The notes: a model not told the origin generated them from the letters alone. A stretch of 64,000 bases of DNA from an uncultured Verrucomicrobiae bacterium (GCA_963764165.1 CAVXRD010000003.1:384001-448000); one strand, 5' to 3'; shown: positions 12,001 through 18,833, numbered from the stretch's first letter. Numbers and translations: made by a program.

Positions 12001-13448
12001 CCACTCGGCGATGCGTAAGTCTCAAAATAGTTGTAATCCATGTTCCAACCATCAAGAAAGGCGTCGTAACCAGGCAAGTTTTCTATCCCCGGAATGAGGC
12101 TAATGGCGTCAACGACAATGTCCGCCACCACGACAATGGCGGCCATCTGGCCATAAACGCCGATTATATCGGCGGCGTTCGCCCCGACCAAGTCCACGAA
12201 ACTGGCATAAATATCTGAAGCTATTGTTTGCTTGGCAACCGCAGTAAGGATGGACACGCCCAAGCTCTCACCCGCGTTTTCAAGATCCTGCTCAATGGCA
12301 ACGTGATTGTTCGCGAAATCAACTGGGCCGCTCGATCCCCCGCTTAACTCGCTATAGTAGGAAAGCTTGCCGAGCATGACTTCGTAGGTGAATTCCATAT
12401 TGGCCATGTAATTCTGCACGCTTGCGAGGGTGTTTGAGACGTCCCCGTAGAGCCAGTTATCCCCCCCGGCTACGGACCAGCCATTGGGGATGGTTTCCAA
12501 CTGCACGGCGCCGCCGGATTTGTAAGCCCAGTTATATTGGAAGTAGCAATGGCTGAAATTGTCCATCTGCGACTGCCCCCAGAAGGCTCCCCCTTCGTAT
12601 CCGGCCTGATTTTGCAAAAACTGCGTATTGTCAATCCGAGCCTCCGCAGTGTCTACCGCGACCGCTCCGCCAAACGCGCCTGCCGAATTGCCCACAAAAA
12701 TGCAATTGGTGATCACGAGATTTGGAGCCGCGCCGCCATAAACGGTGTCGTAGAAGGCGCCAGCAAATCCCACATCATCGCCCTCAAAAAGCAACCCGCC
12801 CCCTGCCACCCGCGAATCCACCGGCAGCAACGCTGCCCCGTAGGCATTGCCGGAGGTGGGTTGCGTCATCTCCATGAAAAGCAGCGAAGAAACCTCGTTG
12901 GTGGACACTGATGCATTGCCCCCCGTAATGGTTAAGCCGTCCAGAACCACGCCACTCCTGCCAGTGGCTGTTATGACGTGCAGCGAATTGTCCTCGAAAC
13001 CCGGCTCGTTGGCGTTCATGTAATAATTGACCAGGTCGCCGACCGAGTTCGTGGCCGTGATGGGGTTGGATTGAGGCCTGCCGATATCACCGCTCAGGAC
13101 GGTCGGATAGAGGGGTTGACCGTTGAGCCTGAAATACCGCTGATCTGGAGAGGTCTCTGTGCCGACGAAGCCTCCGATGAGCGCAACGTCATCGCCTAGG
13201 GTAAAGGAGGCTGTTCGATCCGTTCCGGCAGTGGGTTTATAGGTGCCGGTCGCAATCCAAACCTGAATGTCGTCCCCCAAAAAACCGCCGTTGGCAGCGG
13301 TGGACAATTCGTGATAGGCAGTGGCCCATGATTGGCCATCCTCCGGCTCATTAGTGCTGCTTTGATTGACGTAGACTACCGTTTGCTGGGCCGAGACGGG
13401 AATTAAACCCAAAAACAGGGAAAGCAGGATAAAGTGGAGGTATTTCAT
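1..13448 (-). CDS. Giant secreted repeat protein (>=4482 aa, 3' end outside the window): signal peptide, 7 parallel beta-helix/choice-of-anchor-Q modules, Ig-like linkers, FG-GAP (VCBS-like) repeats
   Basis: ATG at 13448 gives MKYLHFILLSLFLGLIPVSAQQTVVYVNQ...DGQSWATAY. The same frame reads ...GNFLNSGHLDLVAMTNGAAQIWG at the window edge. Spot translations at about 12.4, 10.9, 2.3 and 1.0 kb are in frame, and the ORF track has no stop-terminated ORF in this frame. Recurrent motifs YVN..G.G.SW..AY and D(L/M/I)GAYE, plus GD(L/F)N(G/N)DG repeats below ~700. Confidence 0.9.
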   Translation of the reverse strand, partial: MKYLHFILLSLFLGLIPVSAQQTVVYVNQSSTNEPEDGQSWATAYHELSTAANGGFLGDDIQVWIATGTYKPTAGTDRTASFTLGDDVALIGGFVGTETSPDQRYFRLNGQPLYPTVLSGDIGRPQSNPITATNSVGDLVNYYMNANEPGFEDNSLHVITATGRSGVVLDGLTITGGNASVSTNEVSSLLFMEMTQPTSGNAYGAALLPVDSRVAGGGLLFEGDDVGFAGAFYDTVYGGAAPNLVITNCIFVGNSAGAFGGAVAVDTAEARIDNTQFLQNQAGYEGGAFWGQSQMDNFSHCYFQYNWAYKSGGAVQLETIPNGWSVAGGDNWLYGDVSNTLASVQNYMANMEFTYEVMLGKLSYYSELSGGSSGPVDFANNHVAIEQDLENAGESLGVSILTAVAKQTIASDIYASFVDLVGANAADIIGVYGQMAAIVVVADIVVDAISLIPGIENLPGYDAFLDGWNMDYNYFETYASPSGWATLLYNYVAALEAPPAPSYESQAQALRVADQLNYNQLGFNQTFGPESYYQARTAFTFCQFETNQTEGCGGAIMAEYDNVTMEDCRFDHNRATLTGGAAMFTCFCQPILVSDAFVRNESVNGISAVANEFRVEPQILNCSFLDNVSATNGCAVDNELGADTFIGNSIFWGNSNLVTLLNGDQFYRDGADISTSTSSTLSGKGLDSYNQAGDSHWAWIGMCDVHYSLIQSETEIVLGQDDFENYNYGVDQLGALVQAEVFNVGQGMRETLTNRAFGNTAQNPAISGDGVAPSFGSPALNAGDVSLLNNGYRNWSITGKDLYGNPRVDNGKVDMGAVEVSGAGLASGYNPFTSSLTASLSNYSATSFNPFTSNLVAAVSNYVPPAPPPAEGPISNYYINASTYPPGDGSSWDKAYTNFPAIPTNLVANGTVWVAAGTYKPTVPMTVQSGMSVVGGVPEGSFLITDSNPQEYPTIIDGGGNKSRLLIAYTTNQPILVTGLTFQNGAQGNDNATALLEAYGSTIVSNCQFNNNLGASAVGENSLFLNCTFNNNQANGNSLGILVLFDSEAQSCSFTGNNSLPVYVSGGGISGCFFESNKTNSTSPFSGASIYSSELSDCNFQYQSGPSLNAAGGSTVYACAFKDQGVCASLQDSVITNCQFTQDALGPNDSAVMILSSSLAEDCQFTRNSGLQALATTNSSLNGCLFASNAPVSSGGVSCLNLNNGSAINCTFAGDGGTVAVAGAPSSGSVTFYGCEFVGNTNGASLMSTAPILAIGNCLFATNSSTNTSVVDIASGTITTIYDSEFFRNSGAGVGGAVYAGATELALYNCTIVSNTLTGAPGMGSAGVNFTGNSNCQVMNSILVGNSLTSPGGLSVEYQQFRGLTSAARGLVQNSIVQGLTLLPQSGSFDANPEFANPSIGNLTLSNNSPAINTGTLIGYPIALSSTDVAGNPRVVNGAIDIGAYEHPAIMGYQSHVTTSYSYSEFCDGLPSFEITASISAGSLPSGYYQWQVNRLDGNGFVPLANDAMTSGVNSPTITLTHPPTSSGQYLYRIISNPNMGEVIIPSNFVLPPFHSIIYVNQNVTGGAGDGTSWANAMTSLTTAVNSAISCGQIWVAQGSYTAPAGGFIPFNGVQIYGGFSGSESDLSQRNWAANPTYLQSSTTPVIVAEQGTTSATVIDGFYIHYTGHQEAVSLQSTPILQNCIFSNCTALAIVVEEVNSTNQVLISQCQFLNGSDTAILNNLGNLLVQRCLFSGNKSASGPGAILAYGHNGTLAKITDCQFYNNKGQSAGAIDALDSSATTVLRCAFTNNVGNFGGAIFVESGAHMVLGSSLLAGNQSTFDGGGIFYSGSSLDVDFCTIADNIAPGQGGGLYLAAPGCTVESSILWNNKGGPSVFAAQLDNQSSSSSGYNVNNTIIQGAPITTLNPYPYDPLFLSEPLGNYQLNTNSPAINIGTYITGALNADSADLLGNPRPGPGRGTDLGCYELTGAPAQSGIYLIAEPTNLTTCPISAASFSIIGSPGFPNYYQWQQFNGTSFVNINSAPQTQILAEQNTNVLFIPNAGSFNGSVFRVSVNNGAYITQPVTLTAPQEPVVYVNAAAGAGGNGTSWASAYQSLVAAVEATSCAQIWVAAGTYVGGEDLQLNSTVQILGGFNGSETLLSQRNYSNNVTTITADSSGYAFVAYNNVSNSALLDGFYVTGAPTGFLALNGQPTIQNCFFVSNAIAVNSEFSSGLQLSNCVFAGNSGSETIIAQYSTNLGLTGCEFTGNTGYLFLADQTSANLTNCQFVNNPGAEAMESSSSAITLERCQFSSNGPAINAYNGSVTMLDSLVSGNQTYNANVLSTAIFGSDTAMLFVNDTIADNFGAQNGEGVFLEGGSLNAYNCIFWGNASASPYYTTEQVQVYGADAGVYINHSLVQGLDILQDWTRDDISYAPLFVNEPAGNYQLAPVSPAIGSGSQGNVAGNDTDFLGNPRVHGGVVDMGAYAFAGTASTPAYLAYNFSPEDVCLGSSAVFSVNNLGAGSMTVAWLVNTGGGFGPVPAAGPYSISAPGNGSTLTVSNLNEAFNGTQFEFVLSGSVEYTSAPVTVTVSQQTVVYVDENATGANNGTSWADAFTSLLSAIEQAGPCTAIYVAQGTYTFNQSADLTAGVQIEGGFPTGGGAVGSRNPALYPTLVQVNPNYTLGAVFNQSYAEPPGQHTIVDGLVFPGTRTESAFNCTAGSPQVLNCVISNFPNLALANFQASMFVSNCVLVGNQTAFYGLQSDLQLSHCVISNSTESSVVAIGSQLTAADCRFVNNTNYGNGGAIALDSFQYFSGSAATVQRCVFTGNSAGDGGGAIFLDTYCSLNLMDSLLYGNSTPQNGGAIDNGGQFTAINCTFANNVSPYGAGAFYSEYAYATLENCIIWDTYVGTGVPYGTVSANYCNFEFQPIGGNSFTANPFFANAAAGDFTLSSRSPAIDGGNNAYVQSGDTDLAGNPRVQDGTVDLGAFESPLARNAVLVAAEPQATNVCVADPAQFQVVGGSTNVYQWQYNLGLGWTDITNGGTIAGSTVSISTNLTGGDSVGTFSIPLLTTNLNGLSVQAIFVGQSYTSTVATLTVPTNTIIYVDASAAAGGNGTSWTHAYRSLVDAIDTASACQPEIHVASGTYGASSTFAGTYSGYHDIFIPDGLLIYGGFPTGGGAMSARDWNANPTILTNAAGHPVVQVDGQYNNSLDGEATVLDGFIVEGNGISSSGVQIVGTSTTLRNLIVRDCAGSGVTAQLSSSQFTNCAIVNNQTAGNGGGVSLIESPVTLVNCVVRGNIAGGQGGGLSLIESGATLINSAVQGNSAGGNGGGVYTQNQGYYEAGYYNVIVGPDQLDDVLLTGNRASKGGGLYADGQATAVNSTISGNYATAAGGGVVEGGLFTLTMVNSVVWGNRSDPTNVATALTEEQQQVASDYTNNYANLFALDNDDIEGLHILGGGALVNKDPIFMAPLDAGSAPSTNGNFQLAGCSPLFGLGNAGYDLAISVDLTGQPRLTGGHVDLGPYQVGSGSATPLLITAEPLSLVYASDATNTFSVVATGDGLTYQWELAAPGAAFAPVANSATYSGATSATLELTQPPLNLNGALARCVITTSEGCVAVSQEAALKVYPTRYYVNANMPDDSGDGQTWATAFKTITHALSLPCDPSGTEIWCEAGAYKGGTLHTGQLLYGGFNGTETNLLQRNWTTNLTVLNPTGSYSPNNPLAAVIFSLPVTSFNAVAGAAVTPLSLGRIDGFQMSGANSAIVWTSGYNNEGATGAEEGATNVTVANCTFTNCDAAVYGTSSLTALTLTNDTFANTGISLQNASALVQNSVFTGANAGVNVQIGNVTISGSLFAGTETGVALLNVGSATITDSQFQSNATAISVQHGFTLLVQRSAFRGNTGGNAVVIGAQGYNPTATFEDSLFSGNAGAGAIDNSGTATFRNCTFAGNGGPGVTTYYPGQVGFALYNCIVWDNGAPNNKSASDPYFVSPVSPAGAPTISGDYHLTPCSPVIASGQVAQAGASTTDLEGLPRLSGGTVTPGAYEPQESTVLTISAQPTNVVAISGQTASFSANVSTTSGATFNWQVSIGGGAFTNLPNAGSYSGVSTTNLTFAASAAENGNAYRMQATYPSGCSIESGSATFSYIVPTLAESGTAPNTVFTQTGGLTISLPNGVNTSTINDQSVDAYGSESGRLSFGNGALALNGSTIYLNPNLGLHPGEQVFVTVGSSVLSSQGFPAIPQTWEFFNDVSSWDGAFSNALPINAASNYTANLVQAGDLNGDKSIDLFVSTSTGCRILTNNGTGSYLTNGISGTFSDSGQTLGSGAASKIVLGNVRGTGLLDAILLRNGNIEVWTNSDSGVFALASTYSASAADFALGDLNNDGLMDLFVLTPTNAQAWLNRGAGNFANAGISIPESNAVSVAVGDFNGDGKLDAYVVHGDSTAGHVWLNQGDATFELGSGAGLPSATGGYQRVVAGNFLNSGHLDLVAMTNGAAQIWG

Positions 13449-13931
13449 AAATCGCCAAACGGACAAACGGTTCGAGAATAACGATTGCAAAAACTGCAAA
13501 TGCTTAAATGCGCGTCTCGCAAAACATTGCAATCCGCCATCCCCTACCATCACCGCGCCGGCCCGACCACTGTTCCCGAGGGATTCACACGGATAAATCC
13601 CAAATGGATCTGCCAAAACGAGACTCTTCGAATCCTGCGTGGGGTGTCCAACGCACAATGATTAGATGCCCCCGCGCCTATCCAAGGCCTCGCAATAACT
13701 GGACTGTTTTTATCACAGGGCGGGGCAGCGGCACACTCCCGAGAATCCGTGAGCGCAGAATCGACTATTTCTATTGCCGCATCCCGGAAAATCTGCCAGG
13801 CTCATGGGATGTTTGCTCAGTTCCCATGCGGCAGTCGTGTGCTTTTTCCCTGAGTGGATCGCGCTCGAATCATCGGAGCATTCGCGTGAATTCCATCCTT
13901 GTCCGTTAGCCGCTTTCGGACGCAGCCTCTC

Positions 13932-15125
13932 CTATTCCTGCCCCCAGCCGAATCTTGGGCCGATGGGCCAATACACGAAAAATGACTTTCCGATGACGTT
14001 GTCTTCCGGCAATTCACCCCAATACCGCGAGTCGGCGCTGTTGACGGTGTTATCGCCAAACGCCATGAAATGGCCGGGATCAATTTTGAATGAATCCTGG
14101 GGCGAGCTCAAATAAGTCCCGGCCAGCGTGTGCCCGCTCCAGACGCTTTCGCGTGGTGGCAAGTTTGGATCGAATCCATAGACGTTGGCAAAATGGGGCG
14201 TCGAGGCGTCCAAGCGCTTTCCGTCGATTCGGACGTGCCGATCTTCGCCGATGCTCACGGTTTCGCCCGGCAGCCCGACGAGGCGCTTGATGTAAAACTG
14301 GTCCTGGTCCTGAATTCCTAAAATCCCCTGGGTTTTGAAGACGATAATATCGCCCCTTCGCGGATGCCGGAAATTGTATGTCATCCTGTCAACAAACAAA
14401 TGGTCGCCGGTGGTTTCTTTGAACCGGATAATCGGCTGGCCTTTTTTAAATGGCGATGGCGCAACTGGAAAATCTGGCCGATAAGGCAGCCGCAGTCCGG
14501 CCTTGATCATGTTGGCAAGGTCATCCGGCCCGCCCCAAATGGTGAAAGTCTCCTGGCGGCCGCTTGCATACCGCACGGTGAGAGCCTGTTTGTTCACTAT
14601 GTGAAGCAGCGATGGGACGTTGCCAAGTCCCACGATTTCGCCATCCTCGGGCGCGATGATTTCATGATAAATCGTGCCGTGGGCGATCTTTTCAAATTGC
14701 TGCTCCAGAAAACTCGGCATCTTGAACTTTGGATCACCGCGCAAATCCTCAGTGACGACACCATAAAGTGTCGGCTGCATCGAGCCGGTGGGAATTTTGA
14801 ATGGTTGCAGGAAAAAGGTGCGAATGCCCATCGCCACCACAATAGCCACCAGACAAACCTCGACGTTATCGCGCCAGTCGGCATTGGGATACGGCTTGAT
14901 CCATTTGTTGGCGGCTTCCTCCAATGATTCCATTTGCGCGCGCAAATCGGCGTCATTGGCCCCGGCTTTAATCGCGTCATCGGTGGCCTTAAGCGCAACT
15001 TCCACTCCCGCGATCGCTTGCGGCGCGAGAAGATCGCGCTGGGCGTCAAGCAATTTCTGGACGTGCTTGCGGAGATCGCCGGCTTGCCGGAGGGTGCTGG
15101 AGAAAAACCAACGCGGGGTAATCAT
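13932..15125 (-). CDS. lepB: Signal peptidase I
   Basis: PFKIPTGSMQPTL (Ser), YIKRLVGLPG (Lys) and GDNTVNSADSRYWG motifs; directly downstream of lepA. Start set at ATG 15125 (MITPRWFF) because the longer start crosses a repeat. Confidence 0.95.
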   Translation of the reverse strand: MITPRWFFSSTLRQAGDLRKHVQKLLDAQRDLLAPQAIAGVEVALKATDDAIKAGANDADLRAQMESLEEAANKWIKPYPNADWRDNVEVCLVAIVVAMGIRTFFLQPFKIPTGSMQPTLYGVVTEDLRGDPKFKMPSFLEQQFEKIAHGTIYHEIIAPEDGEIVGLGNVPSLLHIVNKQALTVRYASGRQETFTIWGGPDDLANMIKAGLRLPYRPDFPVAPSPFKKGQPIIRFKETTGDHLFVDRMTYNFRHPRRGDIIVFKTQGILGIQDQDQFYIKRLVGLPGETVSIGEDRHVRIDGKRLDASTPHFANVYGFDPNLPPRESVWSGHTLAGTYLSSPQDSFKIDPGHFMAFGDNTVNSADSRYWGELPEDNVIGKSFFVYWPIGPRFGWGQE

Positions 15126-15132
15126 GTGTTCC

Positions 15133-15238
15133 AAGGCAGGGACGCCTCGCCGAGGCGTCCGGGGTGAAGCATGATACATTCGCGAGCGGTGGCATTGATC
15201 CCACGCAACCGGACGCCTCGGCGAGGCGTCCCTACCTT
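15133..15238. repeat. REP-like inverted doublet, family A (GTAGGGACGCCTCGCCGAGGCGTCC)
   Basis: Arms at 15133-15161 and 15210-15238 are inverted copies and each is internally palindromic; same family at 30060-30226 and 63311-63385. Confidence 0.9.
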
Positions 15239-15276
15239 TTGGTCAGCAGCCATGTCCATGATTCCTGGCGAGCGCC

Positions 15277-17067
15277 CTATGCCTTCAGCACTTCAATGAA
15301 TGCTTCCTGCGGAATGTTGACTGACCCGAATGATTTCATCCGTTTTTTGCCTTCTTTTTGTTTCTCGAGCAATTTGCGTTTGCGCGAAATATCGCCGCCG
15401 TAACACTTCGCTGTCACGTCTTTTCGCATGGCGCTGACCGTTTCGCGCGCGACAATTTTTCCGCCGATGGCGGCTTGAATGGCGACCTGGTATTGCTGCT
15501 TCGGAATGACTTCCTTCAACTTGGCCGCCAGCGCCCGCCCCCTGCTCTCTGCCTTGCTCCGATGCACGATGCACGAAAATGCGTCCACCGATTCGTTGTT
15601 TACCAGCATGTCCAATTTGACCATGTCTGAAACTTGATAACCGGCGTGCTCGTAATCCATCGAGCCGAAGCCACGCGTGATGCTCTTGATGCGGTCGTGG
15701 AAGTCAATAAGAATTTCCGACAGCGGCAGGGTGCTGGTCAGCATGACGCGGCGGTCATCAAGTGTTTCGGTGTGGTCCGCCTCGCCGCGCTTCTCGGCCA
15801 GCAGCGCCATGATGTCGCCGATATTTTCGTTGGGGCAAATCACGAAAGCAAACACCATTGGCTCCTCGATCCGCTCGATGTAATTGACCTCCGGCATGAA
15901 TGCCGGATTGTCGATTTCCTTTACGGCGCCATCGGTCATCACAACTTTATACACGACACTCGGATAGGTCGCGATGATGTCCATGTTGTATTCGCGGCGG
16001 AGGCGCTCCTGCACAATTTCCAGGTGCAGCAATCCCAAAAATCCGCATCGGAAACCGAATCCCAGCGCGACAGAGCTTTCCGCCTGGTAGACAAATGCTG
16101 AATCGTTCAATTGCAGCTTGGCCAGGTTTGCCTTGAGATGCTCGTAATCGGCGGTGTTGATCGGATACAAGCCGCTGAACACCATCGGGTGGATTTCCTT
16201 GAAACCCGGGAGCACCGGCGACGGGTTGCGCGCGTCGGTGATGGTGTCGCCCATTTTGACGTCCTTGGGGCTTTTGATGTTGGCCGTCATATAGCCGGTT
16301 TCGCCGACTTCCAATTTCTCGCGGACGTAGGGCTTGGGATTAAAACTGCCGACTTCCTTGACCTCGACCTGCTTGCCGGAGTGGAGCAACTGAACTTGCA
16401 TCCCCGCTCGCAATTCTCCGTTGAAAACGCGGACATGGGTGACAACGCCCTTGTACATGTCAAAATACGAATCAAATCCCAGCGCCTGAACACTCGGCGC
16501 GCCGGTCGGCTTGGGGGGCGGGACGCGAGCCACGATGGCCTCGAGAATATCCTCAATGCCGATGCCTTCCTTCGCGCTGGCGAGAATGGCGTTTTCGGCC
16601 GGGATGGCCAGGATGTCCTCCATTTGGAGCTTCGTCGCAGGGATGTTGGCGTGCGGAAGGTCGATTTTATTGATGACCGGAATAATAAGCAGGTTCGCCT
16701 TGGTCGCCAAGTGGACATTTGCCACCGTTTGCGCCTCAACACCCTGGGCCGCGTCGATGATGAGCAGCGCCCCTTCGCAGGCCGAGAGGCTTCGCGAAAC
16801 TTCGTAGGAGAAATCGACGTGGCCGGGCGTGTCGATCAGATTCAGCTCGTAAGTTTCGCCGTTCTTGGCTTTGTAGAGCATGGTGACCGGGTGGGCCTTG
16901 ATGGTGATGCCGCGCTCGCGTTCGAGGTCCATCGAATCGAGCAATTGCGCCTCCATTTCACGCGTGGCCACCGTTCCCGTGCGATGCAGCAGCCGGTCGG
17001 AAAGAGTCGTTTTCCCATGATCGATATGGGCTATGATGCTAAAATTTCTAATGTGTGCAGCGTCCAT
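15277..17067 (-). CDS. lepA: Translation elongation factor 4
   Basis: [34 protein letters not shown] and C-terminal [25 protein letters not shown]; start at ATG 17067. Confidence 0.98.
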   Translation of the reverse strand: MDAAHIRNFSIIAHIDHGKTTLSDRLLHRTGTVATREMEAQLLDSMDLERERGITIKAHPVTMLYKAKNGETYELNLIDTPGHVDFSYEVSRSLSACEGALLIIDAAQGVEAQTVANVHLATKANLLIIPVINKIDLPHANIPATKLQMEDILAIPAENAILASAKEGIGIEDILEAIVARVPPPKPTGAPSVQALGFDSYFDMYKGVVTHVRVFNGELRAGMQVQLLHSGKQVEVKEVGSFNPKPYVREKLEVGETGYMTANIKSPKDVKMGDTITDARNPSPVLPGFKEIHPMVFSGLYPINTADYEHLKANLAKLQLNDSAFVYQAESSVALGFGFRCGFLGLLHLEIVQERLRREYNMDIIATYPSVVYKVVMTDGAVKEIDNPAFMPEVNYIERIEEPMVFAFVICPNENIGDIMALLAEKRGEADHTETLDDRRVMLTSTLPLSEILIDFHDRIKSITRGFGSMDYEHAGYQVSDMVKLDMLVNNESVDAFSCIVHRSKAESRGRALAAKLKEVIPKQQYQVAIQAAIGGKIVARETVSAMRKDVTAKCYGGDISRKRKLLEKQKEGKKRMKSFGSVNIPQEAFIEVLKA

Positions 17068-17209
17068 TAACGGCAGAAAGTTAAATGGCAAACGAGCAAA
17101 ACTCCATTCTTTTCGTCTGGCAACAGGTGCCTCGCTGTTTTCACTGGAATGAGAATCCCGGCTAAAAACCTGTTTTGGCGGGTGCAATCTGGCCCCTGCA
17201 AAACGGTAG

Positions 17210-17475
17210 GTGCAATAGGGTGCAATAGAGTGCAACGACTTTGAGGCGAATCCGGCCCCCCCCAGTCCCGGTCGGGACCTCAGCCCGCAGTCCTCTTCTC
17301 TCAGTCCTGCCATGAATAAACATGGACGCACTTTGGCACGGATGTCGCGGAATGAAAAACCTACCAGAGTGTTTTCGGCACGATTTTTGTGGAAATATTG
17401 GGAAAATTGAATCTGGAACGACCGAACTCAGGAAAAAAGATTAAAGTTGGATTCACGCGCATCGTTAATTCTGGT
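17210..17475 (+). other. Dispersed non-coding element, copy 1 (10-bp tandem units plus ~200-nt conserved body)
   Basis: Aligns by eye with the reverse complement of 55340-55538; GTGCAATAG x3 at 17210-17238. Confidence 0.7.
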
Positions 17476-17639
17476 TCCTCAACGATTTCAGGGGAATGCG
17501 ATGTTCCCTCCGATGTTTGCTCTGAAAGCCCATCCGGAAATCCCGAAGGGCTTTTATCATTCAACCCAGCGCTGGCCCGATTCCGAGAGCACCATCAAAA
17601 TACATTACTTTCCTCAGCAAGCGGAGCATGGCCGATGCA

Positions 17640-18653
17640 TCAAGTTTCCGGCGCCTTTGCTCCAGGACGCGGTCCGTCGAGGAAACCTTTGAAGTGCTTG
17701 TCGGAGCAATCCGGGCAGATGCTGTGCGTAAACTTGGCGCTGGAATGGTCTCGGAGATAAAGTTCGATCTGGTTCCAGTAACCCTTGTCGTCGCGAATTT
17801 TTTTGCAATGCGCGCAGATGGGAAGCAATCCGCTGAGCGTTTGCACTTCGCCCAGCACGTTCTGCAAATCGGCCAGCAACTGTTCGCGCTCGCGCTCGGC
17901 CCGGCGGCGTTCGGAAATATCGCGGGCGATGCTCGATGTGCCAACGATTTTTCCAGCAGTGTTGCGGACCGGCGAGATGCTCAGGGAAACGTCCACCAAT
18001 TCTCCGTCCTTCCGCCGGCGCACGGTCTCAAAATGGCTGATGTGCTGCCCCTGCCACAGGCGCTCCCGCAACGGGGCCAATTCTTTTTCCGTCTCCGGCG
18101 CCAGCAGAAAAGTGAGCGGCTGGCCTATCGCCTCCTGCTCGGAATAACCGTAAAGCTTGGCGGCGCCCCCATTCCAACTGATGATGTTTCCATCAAGGTC
18201 GCGCCCAATAATGGCGTCATCCGAAGATTCAATGATCGCGGCCAGGCGTCCTAGCGCATTGGTCGCCGCCTGTTCGCGCCGCAAGAGCTGCCGTGTTCGC
18301 CAAGTTAAGAAAAACAAAAGAAGGCAAATGCCGAAATAGACGATGCCGTTAAACTGATCCATCGGCCTGCTGGGAATTAAAGTGTGGCGCGGCGCGGCGA
18401 AAAACCAGGTTGCCAGAACATAACCACCAACGATCGCGAGGAGGCACGGTCCAAAATCGACGAATTGCGCAAGTATGACAACCGCAATGCAAAACAGTCC
18501 ATATGGAAGGCGATCCATCCAAATGGGGTCCATGATGAACCGGAGAGTGAAGGCAACGGCAACTGCCAAGGCGGCAGCCCCGTAGGCCGCCGGCCCGGCT
18601 AAAGCCAGTTTTTTCTCCTCTTCATCCCATTGCCACGTAGGGGGTTGCCGCAT
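17640..18653 (-). CDS. Membrane sensor: DUF4118-like TM domain, PAS/PAC and C-terminal CxxC..CxxC domain, with no kinase
   Basis: Four hydrophobic segments; AAIIESSDDAIIGRDLDGNIISWNGGA PAS motif; LLPICAHCKKIRDDKGYW...HSICPDC. Confidence 0.85.
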   Translation of the reverse strand: MRQPPTWQWDEEEKKLALAGPAAYGAAALAVAVAFTLRFIMDPIWMDRLPYGLFCIAVVILAQFVDFGPCLLAIVGGYVLATWFFAAPRHTLIPSRPMDQFNGIVYFGICLLLFFLTWRTRQLLRREQAATNALGRLAAIIESSDDAIIGRDLDGNIISWNGGAAKLYGYSEQEAIGQPLTFLLAPETEKELAPLRERLWQGQHISHFETVRRRKDGELVDVSLSISPVRNTAGKIVGTSSIARDISERRRAEREREQLLADLQNVLGEVQTLSGLLPICAHCKKIRDDKGYWNQIELYLRDHSSAKFTHSICPDCSDKHFKGFLDGPRPGAKAPET

Positions 18654-18833
18654 GGTTCTGTCAGACGCATTTTACGGGTTATGAACAGCTTGGCAATCCC
18701 CAATGCGCTCCGCCGCGAAGCGGTGCGATCCCATTCATAATTAAGGAGAACCTCAAAACACCTGACAAATCCGTTTCAGGACTTGACCGGCGAGGCGCAT
18801 TTTGGGGGCCGATGGATTTCAGTCGTTTCCTAA

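Noticed and set aside
48..13199. Dozens of short ORFs in the track across 1-13.2 kb
   Set aside because: Antisense or off-frame shadows of the giant minus-strand gene; no recognisable motifs
13560..13615. CCACTG...GGGA...CTGCC resembling a cobalamin riboswitch
   Set aside because: On the strand opposite the downstream gene and lacking the other conserved blocks
15126..15179. Longer lepB start running through a REP arm
   Set aside because: ATG 15125 gives a sensible N-terminus; the extension is repeat-derived and unsupported
17068..17331. 88-aa N-terminal extension of LepA in the ORF track
   Set aside because: LepA homology starts at [10 protein letters not shown]; the extension crosses promoter and repeat DNA
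17389..17760. ORF sharing KLNLE..SGK...VGF.R.VN with the ORF at 55219-55416
   Set aside because: Similarity extends upstream of both starts and the ORFs differ in start and length; better explained by a shared non-coding element, though a small peptide is not excluded
18741..18833. Possible MITE with TAAGGAGAACC/GTCGTTTCCTAA ends
   Set aside because: Terminal repeats are too imperfect and only one copy is in the window
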